DNA of 57,726 nt from an uncultured Eubacteriales bacterium. Lineage in GTDB: Bacteria > Bacillota_I > Bacilli_A > RF39 > UBA660. Shown here piece by piece: positions 52,998 to 57,726 of the stretch. Both the position numbers and the translations under genes were made by a program. Location: contig ONSL01000001.1 in the NCBI GenBank assembly GCA_900320505.1, positions 1 to 57,726 of the forward strand. The letters are read 5' to 3'. The notes beneath the pieces were generated by a model that saw only the letters and a list, made by a program, of their open reading frames with translations, was not told the origin of the DNA and ran no database searches. The first letter of the stretch is position 1, and every line of letters starts with the position of its first letter.

Positions 52998-54467
52998 TTA
53001 AATTGTCTTTTTATTATTTTCTTCTTTATTAAATTCATTATCTAATATTTTATTAAGCTCATCTTTATTTCTAGGATTAGTACCAAAATTATTTCTTATT
53101 TCTGCGCTTTCTCTTACTACTTTTTCAGTTTCATTCTTATAACCTTCTGCATCTTTTACTATATTTAAACATTTTATGAAATCATCTGTTTCAAAGCCTT
53201 TTTCCTGTATATAACTTTTTACATCTTCTTTATTTGCATCATCTCCAAAAAAATATTTTATCTCATTATATAAGAGTATTTTATCTTTATTACCATTATT
53301 AATATTATCTACATCTTCTTCTATATTTCCTTCTCTAATCTCACTTAAAAGAAAATTGTTATTTTCATTTTTAAATACTTTTTCAAAATCCGAAAGTGGT
53401 ATCATAAAGAATCTATAATCAGACATTACATCATATTCATTTATGATTTCTTTATTTTCTGGATTAGATCTATCTGAATCGTTAAATCTATTAATATAAA
53501 GATTACCATTTACTTTTACTTCTGCTAAATTATCCTTTTTAGAGTTCCATGTTGGATCAAAAATATATAGGCCATGTAAATTATATTTTGGATCATCTAT
53601 TTTCGCAATAACTCTTGAGTGACCTGCAACTTGCTTGCCTAAGTTTATTTCAGCATTCATTGTATCAGCCTTAATACCACATTCCTTCATAAGTTCAACT
53701 AAAAAATTTGCATATCCAGCACAAACAATATTTCCAGTTGAAACAATTGTAGGAATATATCTTGATTTAGATAAATCACTATTATTTTCTTTTTAAGAAA
53801 AGCTTTTAACTTCATCAAACAAAAACATTGCCTTTTCGACAGGTGACAAACAATCAGGCACTATACTTTTAAAATAATCAATTGTACTTCTCATTGATGT
53901 AAAATCATCAAGTGATGCTGGAACAGCTGCCCCATAAGAACACTCTATATCTTTACCTTTATATTTCTCGCACATATCTTCAAGTCCATCATAAGTTTTA
54001 TTTTCCATTTTAATGTTAGCCTGATTATAACTAACTAAATTATTATCAAGTAATGACAATAGATTATCTACTTCTTCCAAACTATTTATTTTAGGAATAT
54101 TTATATTTTTAATACTACCATTTTCAAGATCAAAAGTAATCGCTCCACTATCAATCATTTTGTTTTTACTATTTTCAAGATAGATAGTTGATACATTATC
54201 ACATGAATCTATATGCTCTTTTATATATTTAATTATGTAATCAATATTGCTATCATCATTGCATTTGCATTCAATAAAATCCCATGTTGGTATAGCATTT
54301 TTTATATCTATTTCAATATCTTTATATTTTGCATGACAAATAGGTCCTTTTATTAGTACAAAATCTTTGCATTCAGAAAGTCTTCTTAATTCACTATAAC
54401 TATTAACGGATATTCTATTTATACCATCACTATTTAACTTATCAAGTGTTTCTACATTATACTCCAT
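52998..54467 (-). pseudogene. transglutaminase-like protein gene interrupted by one in-frame TAA (53793..53795)
   Basis: Track ORFs 53793..54467 and 52998..53690 are in the same frame (offset 795 nt = 265 codons). The 34 codons between them are open and encode KENNSDLSKSRYIPTIVSTGNIVCAGYANFLVEL. This stretch contains the catalytic-Cys motif that precedes GHSRV...FDPTWN. Confidence 0.7.
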
Positions 54468-54480
54468 ATTTTCTCCTTTA

Positions 54481-54507
54481 AAAGAAAAACTAGCTTTATG
54501 CTAGTTT
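54481..54507 (-). terminator. intrinsic terminator of ftsZ
   Basis: The minus strand forms AAACTAGC-ataaa-GCTAGTTT followed by TTCTTTT. The stem overlaps the ftsZ stop. Confidence 0.5.
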
Positions 54508-55603
54508 AATATATCTTGTTTTGTAAGAAAGGTGGAAGATCAAAGTTATCTTTTGACTCACCCTCATCTTCTGTTCTTCTTCTTGGAGCTGGTTTTTCTT
54601 CTTTAGCTTCTTCTCCAATTAATTCTTTATTTTTTTGTTGTTCTTCTTCTTTTAATTTAGCCTCACGTGCTCTTCTATCAAATCCTGTTGCAATAACTGT
54701 AACTATTACTTCATCTGTTAAATTTTCATTTATAACAGCACCAAATATAATATTTATATCATTTTTAGCAGCAGCTCTTACTACTTCAGATGCTTGTTCA
54801 GCCTCAAATAGTGTAAGATTAACGCCACCTGTAATATTTATTATTGCATCTGTTGCTCCATCAATTGAGTTTTCAAGAAGTGGAGATGAAACTGCTTCTT
54901 GTGCTGCAGCAATTGCTCTATCTTCTCCCATACCAATTCCGATACCAATAACAGCATTACCAGAATCTTTCATTATTGATTTAATATCAGCAAAATCTAG
55001 GTTAACAAGTCCAACTACTGCAATTAAATCTGAAATTGATTGAACACCACGTCTAAGTACATTATCAACCTCCTTAAATGCATCAAGCATTGGAGTTGAC
55101 TTATCAATTATTTCTCTTAATTTATCATTTGGAATAGTAATTAAAGTATCTACATGTTTTCTTAATTCTTCAATTCCCTTAAGGGCATTTTCCATTCTTC
55201 TCTTACCTTCGAAAGAGAATGGTTTTGTAACAATGGCAACTGTAAGAGCTCCAAGTCCTTGTGCTATTTCAGCAACAACAGGAGCAGCACCTGTTCCAGT
55301 TCCACCACCCATACCACAAGTGATGAAAATCATGTCAGCTCCAACTAGAGCATCTTCTATTTCCTTCTTGCTTTCTACAGCAGCTTCTCTTCCTATTTCA
55401 GGTTTAGCACCTGCTCCAAGTCCATCTGTTAAGCTTGCACCTATTTGTATCTTAACATCAGCTTTTGAGTTATTTAGTACTTGTAAATCAGTATTAGCAA
55501 CTATAAATTCAACACCCTTAACACCAGACTCTACCATTCTATTGACGGCATTACCACCACCGCCACCAAGACCTATGACTTTGATTTTTGCTAATTGGTC
55601 CAT
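54506..55603 (-). CDS. ftsZ: cell division protein FtsZ
   Basis: [17 protein letters not shown] and [11 protein letters not shown] tubulin signature. AAGGTGGA RBS before the ATG at 55603. Confidence 0.97.
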   Translation of the reverse strand: MDQLAKIKVIGLGGGGGNAVNRMVESGVKGVEFIVANTDLQVLNNSKADVKIQIGASLTDGLGAGAKPEIGREAAVESKKEIEDALVGADMIFITCGMGGGTGTGAAPVVAEIAQGLGALTVAIVTKPFSFEGKRRMENALKGIEELRKHVDTLITIPNDKLREIIDKSTPMLDAFKEVDNVLRRGVQSISDLIAVVGLVNLDFADIKSIMKDSGNAVIGIGIGMGEDRAIAAAQEAVSSPLLENSIDGATDAIINITGGVNLTLFEAEQASEVVRAAAKNDINIIFGAVINENLTDEVIVTVIATGFDRRAREAKLKEEEQQKNKELIGEEAKEEKPAPRRRTEDEGESKDNFDLPPFLQNKIY

Positions 55604-55633
55604 TTCTAATCCACCTTGCATAAACTGTCCTCC

Positions 55634-56851
55634 TTAATCATTAAGCATTTCTGCAACCTTTTTCATATTTTCTTCATCAGTATTTTCGAGTCTTTCATAA
55701 TCTTCTTCATCAATCATACTGAGGCTTCTGGAACGAATATTAAGCTTATCTTTAAAGTATTTTACTGTTCCGATAAGTGTTCCATATTTGTTATGTCTCA
55801 ATCCAATAGTGGTACTACTCCAAACAGTTACCCTTTCTCCTAATAAGTGAGAAGATAAATAGTTTAAACCTGTCATCTCGCTTAGTCCACCTAAAATTAT
55901 TATATAACTTATTTTTCTGTTTGTTAAGTTTTTTATTTCTTTTTTTGAAGAATTTAATATTTCCGTTAAACGTTTTTCTACTATTTCAGTTATTTTGTAT
56001 TGATTTATTTTTACGTCTTCTCCATTTTCATCTTTAAGAGTTATACTATCATACTTATCAGCATACCTAATACTTGCAAGTGCATATGTTTCTTTTAAAG
56101 CTCTTGCATCTTTTAGTCCAATCTTTAACATATATGATATATCGCTATCAACATGACGACTACCAATATTTACTGTACCAGAATTAATCATTATTCCTTT
56201 ATTTATTATTCCAATTGTAGTTGATTCTTCTCCAATATCTATTACTGCACCAAGTTCTTTAGACATTACTTTATTTCCACATGCTGAATAATCTGCTGAT
56301 ACGCTAAATGTAACATCAATAACCTCAAGTCCAGCTTCTGTTACAACTTTTAAATACTTTATTAAATAGTCTCTTGGTACGCTTGCAAGAATAACCTTGG
56401 AAAATAGCTTTTTAGATCTCTTTCCTTTAGGATTATCTACTATCTTATTATTATCAAGTCTATATCCAACAGGTGATGCTGTTATAAGTTCATATCCTTC
56501 TTTAATATTTCCCTTTAATGATGCTTTTACAAGATTTGTTATATCTGTGCCACTTATCATATTTGGATCTACAACATTAACAGTTGTATTTGCAACAGAA
56601 TATGACACATCTTTTGGTTTTATACTCAAAACAACTTTTTTTATATCAATTCCTAATTTATCTTTTACATTATTTAATGCTATGGTAATTGATCTTACTA
56701 GTTTATTTTGATCAATTATTTTGCCTTTTGATACACCTCTTGTTTTAACTTCAGACTTTGCAAGAAGTCTTAATTCACCATTAACTTCTTTAAATACTCC
56801 AAGTTTTACAGTATTTTCTCCAATGTCTAATCCAGTATATACCTTGTTCAT
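55634..56851 (-). CDS. ftsA: cell division protein FtsA
   Basis: Actin-fold start YTGLDIGENTVKLGVF, and DIGEESTTIGI. GGAGG RBS before the ATG at 56851. Immediately upstream of ftsZ. Confidence 0.93.
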   Translation of the reverse strand: MNKVYTGLDIGENTVKLGVFKEVNGELRLLAKSEVKTRGVSKGKIIDQNKLVRSITIALNNVKDKLGIDIKKVVLSIKPKDVSYSVANTTVNVVDPNMISGTDITNLVKASLKGNIKEGYELITASPVGYRLDNNKIVDNPKGKRSKKLFSKVILASVPRDYLIKYLKVVTEAGLEVIDVTFSVSADYSACGNKVMSKELGAVIDIGEESTTIGIINKGIMINSGTVNIGSRHVDSDISYMLKIGLKDARALKETYALASIRYADKYDSITLKDENGEDVKINQYKITEIVEKRLTEILNSSKKEIKNLTNRKISYIIILGGLSEMTGLNYLSSHLLGERVTVWSSTTIGLRHNKYGTLIGTVKYFKDKLNIRSRSLSMIDEEDYERLENTDEENMKKVAEMLND

Positions 56852-56920
56852 AGCATCCTCCAATTATATTAATAAGTATACTATAAATTTATTTAAAAAT
56901 AAATATAAATGTTTCTCTTT

Positions 56921-57190
56921 TTATGCTTGTGGAAGATTTGATGTAACACTAGGTACTGAAAGTGGAAGTGTTAAAAGTCCAAGAAGTGCAAGTATTGCAA
57001 GTACAATTATTGCAAGTACATATATGCACCAAAAAGATCTTGCATAATTTCTTCTATTTAAATTATCATCCTTAACTGAAAATATTATTAGGAATATAAA
57101 TCCTATAACTGGCATATTAAATAAAATACTATATCCAAAATATTCCCATGGAGATAATGGTCTATATTTTTCTTCTATTATTTCTTTCAT
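56921..57190 (-). CDS. small two-TM membrane protein (intact member of a local paralog family)
   Basis: AAGGAG RBS. Layout is TM1 (ILFNMPVIGFIFLIIF), then NLNRRNYARSFW, then TM2. Confidence 0.6.
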   Translation of the reverse strand: MKEIIEEKYRPLSPWEYFGYSILFNMPVIGFIFLIIFSVKDDNLNRRNYARSFWCIYVLAIIVLAILALLGLLTLPLSVPSVTSNLPQA

Positions 57191-57206
57191 ATTATCATAC
57201 TCCTTT

Positions 57207-57398
57207 TTAATTATTATTACTTACAACTGATGACTCGTTATAATTACATTTTGGCATCTCTGGGCACCTATTCGGCCTGTTAATATATGACTGTATTAAT
57301 AAAATAAATATTATTACAAAAACAATATGTATTAAAAGCATAGATCTTGCAAAATTTTTCCTGTTTGAGCATCCATTTTCAAGTGAAAATATAATCAT
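57207..57398 (-). CDS. truncated paralog of the small membrane protein (possible gene remnant)
   Basis: Has SNRKNFARSM plus one TM helix but lacks TM1. No RBS. A stop lies 3 codons upstream of its ATG. Confidence 0.3.
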   Translation of the reverse strand: MIIFSLENGCSNRKNFARSMLLIHIVFVIIFILLIQSYINRPNRCPEMPKCNYNESSVVSNNN

Positions 57399-57612
57399 TA
57401 ATATAAATCATATAAACTGATGCATCTGGGCATACTGGGACTGGTTCAGATACCATTCCTAAAAATAAAAGTATTAAAAATGTTCCAATTAAGATAGTAA
57501 AAATTGTATGTATAACTATCATTGCTTTTGCAAAATTTCTTTTGTTTTCATTTTGCTCACTCTTTGAATATTTAATTGATAATATAAATCCAAATACTGG
57601 TACAAAAAGCAT
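57379..57612 (-). CDS. paralog of the small membrane protein, probably 5'-frameshifted
   Basis: VPVFGFILSI...NENKRNFAKAM plus a TM helix. Homologous reading continues upstream of the ATG (ILFTQIYLQTHLIYGI) to a stop at 57676-57678 without an in-frame ATG or RBS. Confidence 0.35.
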   Translation of the reverse strand: MLFVPVFGFILSIKYSKSEQNENKRNFAKAMIVIHTIFTILIGTFLILLFLGMVSEPVPVCPDASVYMIYINDYIFT

Positions 57613-57699
57613 AATACCATATATTAAATGAGTCTGTAAATAAATCTGTGTAAATAGAATCTTTCCATGATAAAATTAAAGAAATGGAGAGATTTTATT

Positions 57700-57726
57700 A
57701 TGGAAAAAAATAATGGAAAAGAAATA
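57700..57726 (+). CDS. 5' end of an unidentified plus-strand gene (partial, runs off the window)
   Basis: GGAGAG RBS followed by ATG at 57700 (MEKNNGKEI...). Only 9 codons are visible. Confidence 0.3.

Noticed and set aside
53793-53795. TAA reassignment (an alternative genetic code) to explain the in-frame stop
   Set aside because: TAA clearly terminates many conserved genes in this window at their expected ends, including alaS, rpsU and ftsZ. A global reassignment is therefore excluded. Local nonsense mutation, sequencing error or readthrough remain.
54516-55843. Plus-strand ORFs (175, 134 and 75 aa) opposite ftsZ and ftsA
   Set aside because: These are Ala/Ser/Pro-rich shadows of the Gly/Ala-rich ftsZ codons. 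ftsZ identity on the minus strand is unambiguous. The same reasoning applies to the other antisense track ORFs inside deoB, rarA, alaS, the ABC transporter, truB, polC, DUF2207, sigA, ruvB, pnp and others.

Overview
This is a 57.7-kb, gene-dense, very AT-rich segment (roughly 27-28% G+C by eye) from the chromosome of a low-GC Firmicute (Bacillota). It uses the standard code 11, and sporulation-type genes are present. From 4.1 kb onward almost everything is on the minus strand and is core housekeeping. This includes deoB-xerD, rarA, a T-box(Ala)-controlled block (dNMP-kinase-like, alaS, holA), rpsU, a TtcA-like PP-loop enzyme with a cysteine desulfurase, truB, polC, rimM-trmD, LemA/DUF2207, a SigA-like sigma factor, a YlbL-like protease, ruvA/ruvB, yebC, tmk, a Firmicute DnaB-type replication initiation protein, a SpoIVFA/SpoIVFB-like pair, one tRNA-Ala(UGC), pnp and ftsA-ftsZ. 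I saw no rRNA, CRISPR array, transposase or prophage. The most interesting content is not in the ORF track. (1) Two unannotated double-glycine-leader peptide genes (14770..15074, minus strand) sit directly behind a C39-peptidase ABC exporter. This looks like a compact two-peptide bacteriocin or pheromone locus with no recognisable immunity gene or HlyD-size accessory. (2) A 780-bp non-coding AT-rich island (3359..4142) holds four phased ~36-bp direct repeats with a DnaA-box-like core, followed by an unannotated 59-aa Lys/Ser/Cys-rich ORF. It lies at a convergent switch in gene orientation and next to a dif-like 11-6-11 palindrome. (3) A HipA/APH-like kinase-fold ORF is wedged inside the ruvA-ruvB operon. 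(4) A ComGA/PilB-type ATPase carries a ~540-aa repetitive Lys/Asn-rich tail and faces two orphan Cys-rich pseudopilins. (5) A transglutaminase-like gene is split by a single in-frame TAA, and its catalytic Cys codon lies in the apparent intergenic gap. (6) A phage-T4-gp1-like dNMP kinase sits under an alanine T-box with alaS. All family assignments come from motif recognition by eye and need profile or structure searches to confirm.
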